Shown here: one piece after another, positions 51,627 to 60,744 of the stretch
Numbering within the stretch: position 1 is the first letter of the stretch
Layout: every line of letters begins with the position of its first letter
Origin: a bacterium
Lineage (GTDB): Bacteria; UBA8248
DNA length: 64,000 nt
Assembly: GCA_965219955.1 (NCBI GenBank)
Contig: OZ244799.1
Coordinates: forward strand, 2,976,001 to 3,040,000
Direction: 5' to 3'
The notes under the pieces: model-generated
What the model was told of the DNA's origin: nothing
Seen by the model: the letters and a program-made list of their open reading frames with translations, nothing else
The model's database searches: none
Position numbers and translations under genes: made by a program

Positions 51627-52592
51627 CTAGGTGTCCAGCACGCTCTCGCCGAACAGGTCCGCCACCTCGAGGGGGCCGGGCGTGAGGCCCTGCGCGTGGG
51701 CGTAGGAGAGGAGCTTTTCGAGCGACGCGCGGTTCGCCTCCACCCCGTAGGGCCAGAAATCATCGCCGAAAATCTCGCGCGTCTCGTCCATCACCGAGGG
51801 CAGAAACGGGATCATGGCCGAGAGCGCGCCGTTGTCGCTCAGAAGTTCCATCGTCTTCTCGCGCGCCTCGCACATGGCCTGGTAGATGGAGCCGAGCGCC
51901 CAGGGGTTTTGTTCGTGAACGTCGCGTCTCAGCACGACGCAGTGCATCATGGGGTGAACGCCCGTTCTCCTGTAATACGCCGTCTCGGCGGCCTTGTAGT
52001 CCGGGAAGAGGCGCTTGACGCTTGGTGAGCCCTTGGCGAAGCACTCCGGCACCTGGTGGATCAGCGCGCCGTCCACCTCGCCCGAATCGAGCATGTTCGA
52101 TACCGTCTGGCCGGGCTTCATGTAGCGGATGCGCGCGCCGGGCGGCATCGGAATCGGCACGCGCGGCTCGATGGCCGCCACCCAGTCCACCGAACTTACG
52201 TCGAGGCCGTACTCTTCGGCGAGAATGCCGACGATCCACACGACCGCCGTCATCCCCCATTCGCGGATCGCGACTCGCTTGCCGTTCAGGTCGGCCACCT
52301 CGTCGACGCCCGCATCGGTGTTGGCGTAGACCATCGAGTGCCTGAAGACGCGGCTCGGAAAGGCGGGCATCCCCACGAAGGGGCTGTCTCCCTCACCCAG
52401 CAGGAACATATGCGCGCCCATCGACATTTCGGATAAATCGAACTCCTGGTATCGGCACATGCGGAAGAATATCTCGGTGGGCGGCAAGGAGAGCACCCGG
52501 AGGTTTACACCCTGCGGGCGAACGGCGCCCATCTTGAGAATGTTGGTCCGATCGTAATCCCCGAACGCCGCGGTCAGCTCCAGATCCGGCAT
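51627..52592 (-). CDS. 4,5-dihydroxyphthalate decarboxylase-like / type 2 periplasmic-binding-fold protein
   Basis: GDYDRT, EFDLSEMS, FPSRVFRHS, PMMHCVVLR, DFWPYGVEANR. Confidence 0.8.
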   Translation of the reverse strand: MPDLELTAAFGDYDRTNILKMGAVRPQGVNLRVLSLPPTEIFFRMCRYQEFDLSEMSMGAHMFLLGEGDSPFVGMPAFPSRVFRHSMVYANTDAGVDEVADLNGKRVAIREWGMTAVVWIVGILAEEYGLDVSSVDWVAAIEPRVPIPMPPGARIRYMKPGQTVSNMLDSGEVDGALIHQVPECFAKGSPSVKRLFPDYKAAETAYYRRTGVHPMMHCVVLRRDVHEQNPWALGSIYQAMCEAREKTMELLSDNGALSAMIPFLPSVMDETREIFGDDFWPYGVEANRASLEKLLSYAHAQGLTPGPLEVADLFGESVLDT

Positions 52593-52824
52593 CTCCTCCC
52601 CTTTCGCGTCATCGGTTCGTGAAAGCGCATCGCTGCGATGATGGTGGAACGGCTCACAGGTTTCTCATAGTTTTCCCCGCTCGGCAACGAGGCGGGCCTT
52701 TCGGCGCTTGAAAGCCCCCGAGTTGACCGCCCGCCGCCCGGTCAAGAAGAGGAAACAAGAGATGAAACGGGTATATGTCAACGCGCTAGAGACAATAGAG
52801 GAGGGCTTGCGTTTCGCAGATGAA

Positions 52825-52857
52825 GTCCAGGCCGGAAAGAACGTGCAACCTAGCCAA
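52825..52857 (-). pseudogene. Truncated HicA toxin N-terminus
   Basis: TTG start overlapping the hicB stop; reads MARLHVLSGLD, similar to HicA-type M.KL.VLSG.E, then diverges and stops early. Confidence 0.55.
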
Positions 52858-53071
52858 CGGCTACCTCGACATGGGTCACATAGACTTCGCTGCGCAGGCG
52901 TCTGTCGATTTCCCCGGCGGAAGCCGTCTCGAAGAACAAGGTGAGCGCTTCGGCCAAGTTGTCGCGAGCCTCGGACACGGTGTTTCCCTGGCTGGCAACA
53001 TCCACTTCCGGGCACAGGGCGACGTATCCATTGCCCTCGCGTTCGACGATAGCGGTCAACCGTCTGTTCAT
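52850..53071 (-). CDS. hicB: HicB-family antitoxin (short)
   Basis: TAIVEREGNGYVALCPEVDVASQGNTVSEARDNLAEAL. Confidence 0.9.
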   Translation of the reverse strand: MNRRLTAIVEREGNGYVALCPEVDVASQGNTVSEARDNLAEALTLFFETASAGEIDRRLRSEVYVTHVEVAVG

Positions 53072-53271
53072 GTCGTGTCTCCTTGTCTGAATTTCACATG
53101 ATGATCCTTGTGACGGGAGATGTCAGGTGCGTTTCGACGATGGCACTGAAAACCGTATTGTACCCTCATCATCGATGATGGAGCGCATAAGTCGTTATCA
53201 AACAGACGGCCTTAAAACCTTGATGCAATTTCCGTTCAATGTCTGCAGCATCGCAGACAACCCCGCCAAGG

Positions 53272-53603
53272 GGGGCTGTTGAAAAAGCCCCGATTTCGTG
53301 ATTCGGCGTATGAAGCCGGCCGAGGAGGGGGATCCGTAGGGACAGACCCCTGTGCCTGGCCGAGGTTGCTTACGAGGCGGTTCGGTTTTGTTCGTCATTC
53401 CGGCAATCAATACCGACCGAGGAGGGAGGGATTGCCCGGAATCCATTTGTTTTGCCTTTGTTTTTCTTTTCTGATCGATTCGCTCCAATGGCGAGGAGAT
53501 GAAAAGCCGGGGTATCGTCTTTCTGCTTGAAAATGGATTCCGGCTTTCGCCGGAATGACGGCGGTGGTCGCTTCCGAGTGAGGAGGGGTTTTTCAACAGT
53601 CGC
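53272..53603. mobile_element. MITE with IS1182-type ends
   Basis: GGGGCTGTTGAAAAA ... TTTTTCAACAGTCGC flanked by direct repeat CAAGG; contains GTAG-REP and GTCATTCCGG palindromes. Confidence 0.78.
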
Positions 53604-53842
53604 CAAGGACCAAGACGAAGAAATACTTTTCAGCTCATTTCCCCTTTTGCGTCTCCATTGTGAAAGCGCATCTTTGCAATGATGGTGGAACGGCTCACAG
53701 GTTTCTCATAGTTTTCCCCGCTCGGCAACGAGGCGGGCCTTTCGGCGCCTGAAAGCCCCCGAGTTGACCACCCGCCTTCCGGCGTGGCATGAAGGGGCTG
53801 GAAATCCGGGCATTCCGCATCAACAACCGAAAAGGACGGCAC

Positions 53843-54886
53843 TTGGCTACAGAAATAAAAGTGATCGTATGCGGGTTCGGGCGCGTGGGGCGCGAATTCG
53901 CGAGACTCGTCCACGAGAAATCGGAACGCATGCGGGTGGCCTACGGCCTGGAGGCGTCCATCGTCGGCATAGGCGAGTTGAACGGCAGCCTGCACCACGC
54001 CTGCGGACTCGACGCGGCAAAAACGGCGGACGCCTTCGAACGGGAGGGCGGCTTCGCGGGCCACCCCAGCCTTAAGGCGGAGTGGCAGGGCCTCGATCTG
54101 GTTCGTTCCGCACAGGCCGACGTCCTCATCGAGACGACGCCCACCGAGGTCCGCACGGGCGAGCCCGCCATGAGCCACATCCGCGAGGCGCTTGCGAGAG
54201 GCATCCACGTCGTGAGCGCGAACAAGGGGCCTTTCATCCGCGCCTACCGGGAACTGACCGGCCTGGCGCGGGAGAAGAACGCCGCTCTCAAAATCTCGGC
54301 GGCCGCGGCCGCCGCCCTCCCGACCATCGACGTGGCCGAGACTTGTCTCGCCGGCGCAGAGATTCTCGAGGTCGAGGGCGTGCTGAACGGAACGACGAAT
54401 TTCATACTCACGCGCATGCGGACGAACGGCCGGAGCTACGAAGAAGCGCTCGCAGAAGCGCAAACACTCGGAATCGCGGAGACCGACCCCACACTCGACG
54501 TGGAGGGTTTCGACACGGCGAACAAGCTCGCCCTCATCACGAACGTCTGCATGGGTGCTGATCTTAGACCCGAGGACGTGGAGCGGACGGGCATCGCCGG
54601 GATGTCGCTCGCCGAGGTGCAAGGCGCGAGCGCAGCGGGCAAGATCATGCGCCTGGTGGGCGCCGCGAGGCGGGATGAGGCCGGACGCGTCTCGGCCCGG
54701 GTCGCGCCGGAACTTCTCTCTCCCGATCATCCCCTGGCGGGCGTGGAGGGGGCGGAGAAGGGCATCACCTACACGAGCGATACGATGGATCGCGTCACCG
54801 TCGTGGGCGGCAAGAGCGACCCGCGCGGCGCCGCCGCCGCGCTCCTCAAAGACCTCATCAACATTTATCGTCATTCATCATCCTGA
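53843..54886 (+). CDS. hom: Homoserine dehydrogenase
   Basis: CGFGRVG, HVVSANKGP, GVLNGTTNFIL, LGIAETDPTLDVEGFDTANK; TTG start after AAGGA. Confidence 0.9.
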   Translation: MATEIKVIVCGFGRVGREFARLVHEKSERMRVAYGLEASIVGIGELNGSLHHACGLDAAKTADAFEREGGFAGHPSLKAEWQGLDLVRSAQADVLIETTPTEVRTGEPAMSHIREALARGIHVVSANKGPFIRAYRELTGLAREKNAALKISAAAAAALPTIDVAETCLAGAEILEVEGVLNGTTNFILTRMRTNGRSYEEALAEAQTLGIAETDPTLDVEGFDTANKLALITNVCMGADLRPEDVERTGIAGMSLAEVQGASAAGKIMRLVGAARRDEAGRVSARVAPELLSPDHPLAGVEGAEKGITYTSDTMDRVTVVGGKSDPRGAAAALLKDLINIYRHSSS

Positions 54887-54901
54887 GACCGGAGACATTC
54901 C

Positions 54902-56503
54902 ATGAACAACGCGGACCTGATCGTCAAAACCATGAAGGAAGCGGGCGTCACGCACTGCTTCGGCATCCCGAGCGGAAACGTCCTGCCCATGCTGGAAGCC
55001 ATGCGCAAGGGGGGGCTCACCTTCGTCCTGACCGCGCACGAGGGCTCCGCGAGCTTCGCCGCCGACGTGATGGGCCGCCTGACGGGCGCGCCCGGTTTCT
55101 GCATCGCCACGCTGGGCCCCGGCGCCACCAACCTCTCGACCGGCGTGGGCAACGCCTATCTGGACCGCTCCCCGCTCATCGCGCTGACCTGCAACCTGCA
55201 CACGCACCAGCTGGGACGCCGCATCCAGATGTACATCGACCACCACACCCTCTACCGGCCCATATCCAAGGCGAGCTATCCGCTCAGAAAAGGCCGCGTC
55301 GCCTCCGTTCTCGAAGAAGCGATGGGCCTCGCGCTCAGTGAGCCGCACGGCCCGGTCCACCTCGATCTGCCCGAAGACGTATCCCTGGCGCCCGCCACCG
55401 AGGATTTGCCCCCCATCTCCCAGGGCAAGCGCCACAGGCCCGCGCCCGAGAACGCATTCGCGAAACTGGAATCCCTCCTCCAAAACGCCAGGCGGCCCGT
55501 CGCCATCCTGGGCTCCACGAGCATGCGGATGGAAAACCCGTCGCTTCTGCGCGAATTCATCGACCGCCACCAGCTTCCCTTCGCCACGACCACCATGGCC
55601 AAGGGAATGATAGACGAGGATCACCCGCTCTCGGTCGGCTGCATCGAGCGCGGAAAGCGGCAGGTGCAGCGCGAGTTCCTGGGAAGCGCGGACTTGATCC
55701 TCGGGATCGGCTACGACGTGGTCGAGGTGGAATACGAGCAGTGGATCAAGGACGTGCCCCTCGCCAGCGTGGACATCGACCCGGTGGACGCGGATTCCTC
55801 GGTCGAGATCGCGCACGAGGTGGTGGGTGATCTGGATGCGTCTTTAAGGCGCATGAACGACTTCGCGCCGGGCAGTTACGAGTGGCCCTCGGACGCCGCC
55901 CTGCGGCACAAGGAGAGATACCAGAAAGCCCTGCGGCCTGCGGTCCCGCACTTCGCGGCGCACGAGGCCATCGACGTGGTGCGCGAGGTGACGCCAAAAG
56001 AGGGTATCCTCTCCTTCGACGTGGGCGCCCACACGCACCAGATCGCCAGCCAGTGGACGGTGCACGAGCCGCGCACGTTCCTGATCACGAACGGGTGGTC
56101 CTCGATGGGCTTCGGCCTGCCCGGGGCCATCGCCGCGAAACTGGCGCACCCCGAAAAACCCGTCGTCGCCCTGATCGGGGACGGCTGTTTTCAGATGACG
56201 TGCGGCGAGGTGGCCGTCGCCAAGCGGATGGGGCTCGCCATCCCCATCGTCGTGCTGGACGACCGCTGGCTCTCGCTCATCCAGGTCAAACAGGACAGGC
56301 GCGACTACGGCCGCTACGGCACCGAACTCCAGGCCGAGGAATACCAGGCCCCGCCCGCCCACTATTTCGGCGTTCCGGCGAAGGGCGCGCGAACACCCGA
56401 GGAACTCAGGCGCGCGCTCACCGAAGCCTTCAAGGCCGATGGGCCGACCGTCATCGAGGCGGTGGTGGACGCCGCGCACTACGACGACACGGTGTTCGAC
56501 TAG
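54902..56503 (+). CDS. Thiamine pyrophosphate-binding enzyme (acetolactate synthase-like)
   Basis: FGIP, HEGSASF, TLGPGATN, GPVHLDLPED, SSMGFGLP, GDGCF. Confidence 0.92.
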   Translation: MNNADLIVKTMKEAGVTHCFGIPSGNVLPMLEAMRKGGLTFVLTAHEGSASFAADVMGRLTGAPGFCIATLGPGATNLSTGVGNAYLDRSPLIALTCNLHTHQLGRRIQMYIDHHTLYRPISKASYPLRKGRVASVLEEAMGLALSEPHGPVHLDLPEDVSLAPATEDLPPISQGKRHRPAPENAFAKLESLLQNARRPVAILGSTSMRMENPSLLREFIDRHQLPFATTTMAKGMIDEDHPLSVGCIERGKRQVQREFLGSADLILGIGYDVVEVEYEQWIKDVPLASVDIDPVDADSSVEIAHEVVGDLDASLRRMNDFAPGSYEWPSDAALRHKERYQKALRPAVPHFAAHEAIDVVREVTPKEGILSFDVGAHTHQIASQWTVHEPRTFLITNGWSSMGFGLPGAIAAKLAHPEKPVVALIGDGCFQMTCGEVAVAKRMGLAIPIVVLDDRWLSLIQVKQDRRDYGRYGTELQAEEYQAPPAHYFGVPAKGARTPEELRRALTEAFKADGPTVIEAVVDAAHYDDTVFD

Positions 56504-56542
56504 GAAGCCCGCCGGGGCGAGCGCCACCGGGCAAATTCAACC

Positions 56543-57068
56543 ATTATCCTAGTAAATTAAAAGTCTAACTTTCAATTTACTAGGATAATTCGCACTTTCA
56601 CATACGAAACGACACCGAATCCGCTTGAGCACGGGGTTGTTGAAAACCTCTCCTCGTCTTGAAAACCACCCCCCCCTACCCCCCCTTGACAGGGGGGTAA
56701 AAACAAAAAGCCCCCTGAAGCACTGGGGGTACGATGGTTTTGTAGGGACAGGCCTCCGTGCCTGTCCTGGTGAAGGACACCCACGGAGGGCAGGACAGGC
56801 ACGGAGGCCTGTCCCTACGATGAACGATTCGATGATCGGGATCCCCTCCCTCATCGGGGGCATGGCCTTTACCCCATAGGGGGTACTCCTTTGACGAGGG
56901 ATTTTCAACAGCCCCTGTTCAGGCGGATTCCGGGCTTCCGCCCGGTGTTATCCGGTGTTGCGTCGTTTCATTATACTAGTAAATTAAATATTATATTTTT
57001 AATATACTAGGATATTATATGATTATCCTTGCAAATTAAAAGCATATATTTTAATATACAAGAATGAT
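56543..57068. promoter_or_regulatory. Three 47-bp AT-rich palindromes (56543-56589, 56970-57016, 57022-57068); the last overlaps a probable leaderless promoter and the ATG
   Basis: 21-bp arms ATTATCCTAGTAAATTAAAAG with a 5-nt loop; TTGCAA-17-TAATAT lies 6 nt before the ATG at 57064, with no SD. Confidence 0.8.
56633..56915. mobile_element. MITE with IS1182-type ends carrying REP palindromes
   Basis: GGGGTTGTTGAAAA ... TTTTCAACAGCCCC; internal GTAGGGACAGGCC pair shared with about 30120-30190. Confidence 0.75.
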
Positions 57069-58242
57069 TAATCGCCGCTCATATCAAAACGTGCTGAACG
57101 CGCTCGGACGCCAGGCCGCCGTGGTCCTGCTCGGCGCGCGCCAGGTAGGCAAAACGACGCTGGCGCTCGAGATTGCCGAAGGGTTAAACGCCGTTTATCT
57201 CGACCTGGAATCCCGCGCGGACCGGGAGAAGCTCGGCGAGCCTGCGCTCTATCTGCGCGAATACGAAGACAGCCTCGTCATCCTCGATGAGATTCACCGC
57301 GCCCCGGAGTTGTTTCAGGAGTTGCGCGGACTGATCGACCGGGGCCGCAGGCGGGGCAGGCGAACGGGCCGCTTCCTGATACTGGGTTCGGCGTCGCTGG
57401 ACCTGCTCCGCCAGTCGGGGGAGAGCCTCGCCGGGCGAATCGAATACGTCGAACTCGATCCGCTCGACGTGGGAGAGGCCGCGCCGGACGCGCAGGCCGT
57501 CACGAACCTGTGGGTGCGCGGGGGCTTTCCGGACAGCTTTCTCGCCAAAGACGACGCCGACAGCATGACCTTCAGGCAGAATTTCATCCGCTCCTATCTG
57601 GAGCGCGACGTGGCGCAGTTCGGCCGGCGCATCCCGGCGGAGACGCTGGAGCGGTTCTGGACCATGCTGGCGCATGGGCAGAGCGGGCTGCTCAACGCGT
57701 CGAAGCTGGCCGCGGGCCTCGCCGTCAGCGCACCGACGGTGAACGGCTACATCGATCTCCTGGTCGACCTGCTTCTCGTCCGCCGCCTGCGCCCGTTCCA
57801 CGCGAACGTGAAAAAGCGCCTGGTGAAATCGCCCAAAATCTACGTGCGCGACAGCGGCATCGTCCACGCCCTGCTCGGAATCGAGAACCACGACGCGCTC
57901 GCGGGCCACCCGGTCGTCGGGCCGAGTTGGGAGGGTTTCGTCATCGAGAACCTGCTCGCCGTCGCCCCGCCGCGCACCATGGCGAGTTTCTACCGCACGC
58001 TGGCGGGTGCCGAGATCGACTTGCTGCTGGAGATCCCGGGAAGGCGGGGGCCGTGGGCGATCGAGATCAAGCGCGGAATCTCCGGGGGTCTCGGCAAGGG
58101 CTTCCACCATGCGCGCGAGGACGTACGGCCCGAGCGCGCCTTCGTCGTCCACTCCGGCGAGGAGCGCTACCCCGTCACGAAGGACGTGGAGGCGGTCGGC
58201 CTGCGAGAGATGATGACCCTCGTCGAGCGCGGGGAGAAATAG
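57064..58242 (+). CDS. AAA+ ATPase (AAA_14) with DUF4143 domain
   Basis: GARQVGKTT, ILDEIH, ILGSAS, SGESLAGR, RGGFP, KRLVKSPKIYVRDSG, EIDLL...IEIK. Confidence 0.92.
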   Translation: MINRRSYQNVLNALGRQAAVVLLGARQVGKTTLALEIAEGLNAVYLDLESRADREKLGEPALYLREYEDSLVILDEIHRAPELFQELRGLIDRGRRRGRRTGRFLILGSASLDLLRQSGESLAGRIEYVELDPLDVGEAAPDAQAVTNLWVRGGFPDSFLAKDDADSMTFRQNFIRSYLERDVAQFGRRIPAETLERFWTMLAHGQSGLLNASKLAAGLAVSAPTVNGYIDLLVDLLLVRRLRPFHANVKKRLVKSPKIYVRDSGIVHALLGIENHDALAGHPVVGPSWEGFVIENLLAVAPPRTMASFYRTLAGAEIDLLLEIPGRRGPWAIEIKRGISGGLGKGFHHAREDVRPERAFVVHSGEERYPVTKDVEAVGLREMMTLVERGEK

Positions 58243-58420
58243 GTGGAAAAATCCTTCTCCGCCTCATCCTGAGTAGCGGCGGAGCCGCGTATCGAAGGTC
58301 AAACGCGATTGATGAGGGCTTGTTGAAAAACCCCCTGAGAGGGCAATGGCAACCCCCTTGAAAGCAAAACCCCATAAAAGCAACCCCCCCTACCCCCCCT
58401 TGTCAGGGGGGCAAGAAAAA

Positions 58421-59805
58421 GAGTTACGTTCAAAACTTGTGTATGGGCTGAATTGAAGAAGGCGGCGCATCCTGCTGAAATAGGGTTGTCCAAAGCCCGG
58501 TCATTCAGCACAAGGAGATGCGCCACCATGAGAGAAGATACGACGATTCCCTTGAGGAATCCAGCCTTACGAGACGAGTTGAGCGAACTGTTGCGCGCGG
58601 GCGCGCGACGAATCATCCGCCAGGCGGTGGAAGCGGAGTTGGCGGCTTATCTGGAAGAGCATGCGGGCGACCATGACGCGCAGGGCCGCCGCGCGGTGGT
58701 GCGCAACGGGTATCTGCCTTCTCGGGAGGTATTGACGGGTGTGGGTCCGGTGCGGGTTCAAGTTCCTCGGACGCGGGACAGGTCGGGCGCGGGGCGGCGT
58801 TTCCGTTCGGAGCTTTTGCCGCCGTATCTGCGCAAGACGCGGCGCGTGGAGGCGGTGATACCGTGGCTGTACCTGAAGGGGGTATCGACGAACGACTTCG
58901 GCGAGGCGCTCACGGCGCTGTTCGGCGAGTCGGTGAAGGGCTTGTCCCCGGCGAGCGTCTCGCGTCTCAAGGAGGGCTGGGAGCGCGAGTACTTACAGTG
59001 GCGCGAGCGGGACTGGGGCGGCGAGGAGTTCGCGTACTTGTGGGCGGACGGCATCTACGTGAACGTGCGCAGCGGGGAGCGGCGCTGTCTTCTGGTGGTC
59101 GTGGGCTGCGACGCGCGGGGCCGCAAGCGCTTCCTGGCCCTGGAGGCGGGGTTCCGTGAATCGAAGGAGAGCTGGAAGGCGGTTCTGCTCGGCCTGCGGG
59201 AGCGGGGGGTAAAGGCGGCGAAGCTGGCGGTGGGCGACGGGGGTCTGGGGTTGTGGTCGGCGCTGGCCGAGGTGTATCCCGAGACCCGGGCGCAGCGCTG
59301 CTGGGTGCACAAGACGGCGAACGTTCTCGACAAGCTGCCCAAAAGCGCTCAGCGCGAAGCGCGGCCGATGCTGTACGAGATGTGGAGGGCGGAGACCCGC
59401 GAGCACGCGGAGAAGGCGTTCGAACGCTTTCTCGCCACCTGGGAGGCGAAGTACCCCAAGGCCGCCGCGTGCCTGGCGGGGGACCGCGAGGAGTTGTTCG
59501 CCTTCTACGACTTCCCGGCGGCGCACTGGCGGAGTCTTCGGACGACGAACCCGATCGAGTCGACCTTCGCCACGATCCGGCTGCGAACGGCGAAGACGAG
59601 GAACTGCCTGAGCGAGAAGACGGCGCTGAGCCTGATTCACCAACTCGCCATGAGCGCCGAGAAGCGATGGGGGCGGCTGGGCGGCCTGGGTCATCTGGCC
59701 GACGTGATCACCGACGTGAGGTTCATCAATGGGGTGAATGAAAAAGAAACCGGCAGGGAGGCCGCTGAACTCAAGACGGCCATACACAACATTTGACAGT
59801 AACTC
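58421..59805 (+). mobile_element. IS256-family insertion sequence
   Basis: Inverted repeats GAGTTACGTTCAAAACTTGTGTATGG / CCATACACAACATTTGACAGTAACTC; 9-bp target duplication CAAGAAAAA at 58412-58420 and 59806-59814. Confidence 0.92.
58528..59796 (+). CDS. IS256-family (Mutator-type) transposase
   Basis: VRNGY, LYLKGVST, LWADG, VGDG, QRCWVHK, RTTNPIES. Confidence 0.95.
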   Translation: MREDTTIPLRNPALRDELSELLRAGARRIIRQAVEAELAAYLEEHAGDHDAQGRRAVVRNGYLPSREVLTGVGPVRVQVPRTRDRSGAGRRFRSELLPPYLRKTRRVEAVIPWLYLKGVSTNDFGEALTALFGESVKGLSPASVSRLKEGWEREYLQWRERDWGGEEFAYLWADGIYVNVRSGERRCLLVVVGCDARGRKRFLALEAGFRESKESWKAVLLGLRERGVKAAKLAVGDGGLGLWSALAEVYPETRAQRCWVHKTANVLDKLPKSAQREARPMLYEMWRAETREHAEKAFERFLATWEAKYPKAAACLAGDREELFAFYDFPAAHWRSLRTTNPIESTFATIRLRTAKTRNCLSEKTALSLIHQLAMSAEKRWGRLGGLGHLADVITDVRFINGVNEKETGREAAELKTAIHNI

Positions 59806-59943
59806 CAAGAAAAAGCAAAACCCCCTCGGCCCGGCGGGAGCGCATCGCCTTTTTATACCCCCCTGACAAGGGGGGGTAGGGGGGGTTGACGTTATGGGAT
59901 TTCCCTTTCAGGGAGCTTTTTCAGCAACCTCTATGCGCGGGCC

Positions 59944-60306
59944 TCAAAGAAACCGCGCGCCTTCGATGATCGCCTCATCGAAGTTCACGCCCTCGATGTC
60001 GGCGCCGACGAGATCCGCGTCCCGGAAGCTCGCGCCCGCGACGTCGGCATCATTCAAGAGAGCGTCTCGGAGAACAGCGCCCTCCAGATCGGCGTTTCTC
60101 AGATCCGCCTCACGCATGTCCGCACCCGAGAGGTCGGCGCCGCCCAGGTTCGCGCGCACGAGGCTCGCCCCTTTCAGATTGGCGTCCGTGAGGTCGCATC
60201 CGCTCAGGTCCGCCCAGGAGAGGTCTTCCCCCTCCAGCGAGAGCGGCTCGCCCTTCTGCGCGGCTTCTTCAATCAGTTGCTCCAGCTTCTCTCGCAGCAT
60301 GTTCAT
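59944..60306 (-). CDS. Pentapeptide repeat protein
   Basis: About 17 A(D/N)LxG-type pentapeptide repeats. Confidence 0.9.
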   Translation of the reverse strand: MNMLREKLEQLIEEAAQKGEPLSLEGEDLSWADLSGCDLTDANLKGASLVRANLGGADLSGADMREADLRNADLEGAVLRDALLNDADVAGASFRDADLVGADIEGVNFDEAIIEGARFL

Positions 60307-60344
60307 GATAGGGAAAATCATAAATCAGACAGGCAAACTTGCAA

Positions 60345-60744
60345 GGGGCTGTTGAAAAACCTCTCTCCGCCTCATCCTGAGTAGCGGCCCCTCGACTTCG
60401 CTCGGGACAGGCTCCGCCCCCCACTTTCCTCATCCTGAGTAGCCGCCGAAGGCGGCGTATCGAAGGATGCCCTCTCGCACGCCAGGAGCCGCCCCCCATC
60501 CTTCGATACGGCGCTTAAGCGCCTACTCAGGATGAGGGTTCGGGGCACTTGCTCGGGATGAGGGCGTCAAGCGTTCTACGAAGCCCGGTGCCGCGCCATG
60601 GGTCAATCCCGCCCGGCGACCCCTACACATTCCTCTTGAATGGCGACCGTAGGGACAGGTCGCGACCTGTCCCTACCAAAACACAATCGCCCGCTTTTCG
60701 CTCGTGTCAAACCCTTCCTCATCGGAGCTTTTTCAACAACCCCC
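60345..60744. mobile_element. MITE with IS1182-type ends
   Basis: GGGGCTGTTGAAAAA ... TTTTTCAACAACCCC(C) flanked by direct repeat TGCAA. Confidence 0.78.

Larger units (their letters stand above)
52620..53776. repeat. About 116-bp direct repeats (52620-52735 and 53661-53776) flanking the hicB islet
   Basis: ATGATGGTGGAACGGCTCACAGG...GAAAGCCCCCGAGTTGACC present twice with few mismatches. Confidence 0.9.

Noticed and set aside
52640-52735. SAM-I or lysine riboswitch in the duplicated region near hom
   Set aside because: Contains TTCTCAT and GGCAAC but lacks the rest of the SAM-I core by eye; not called without an Rfam search.
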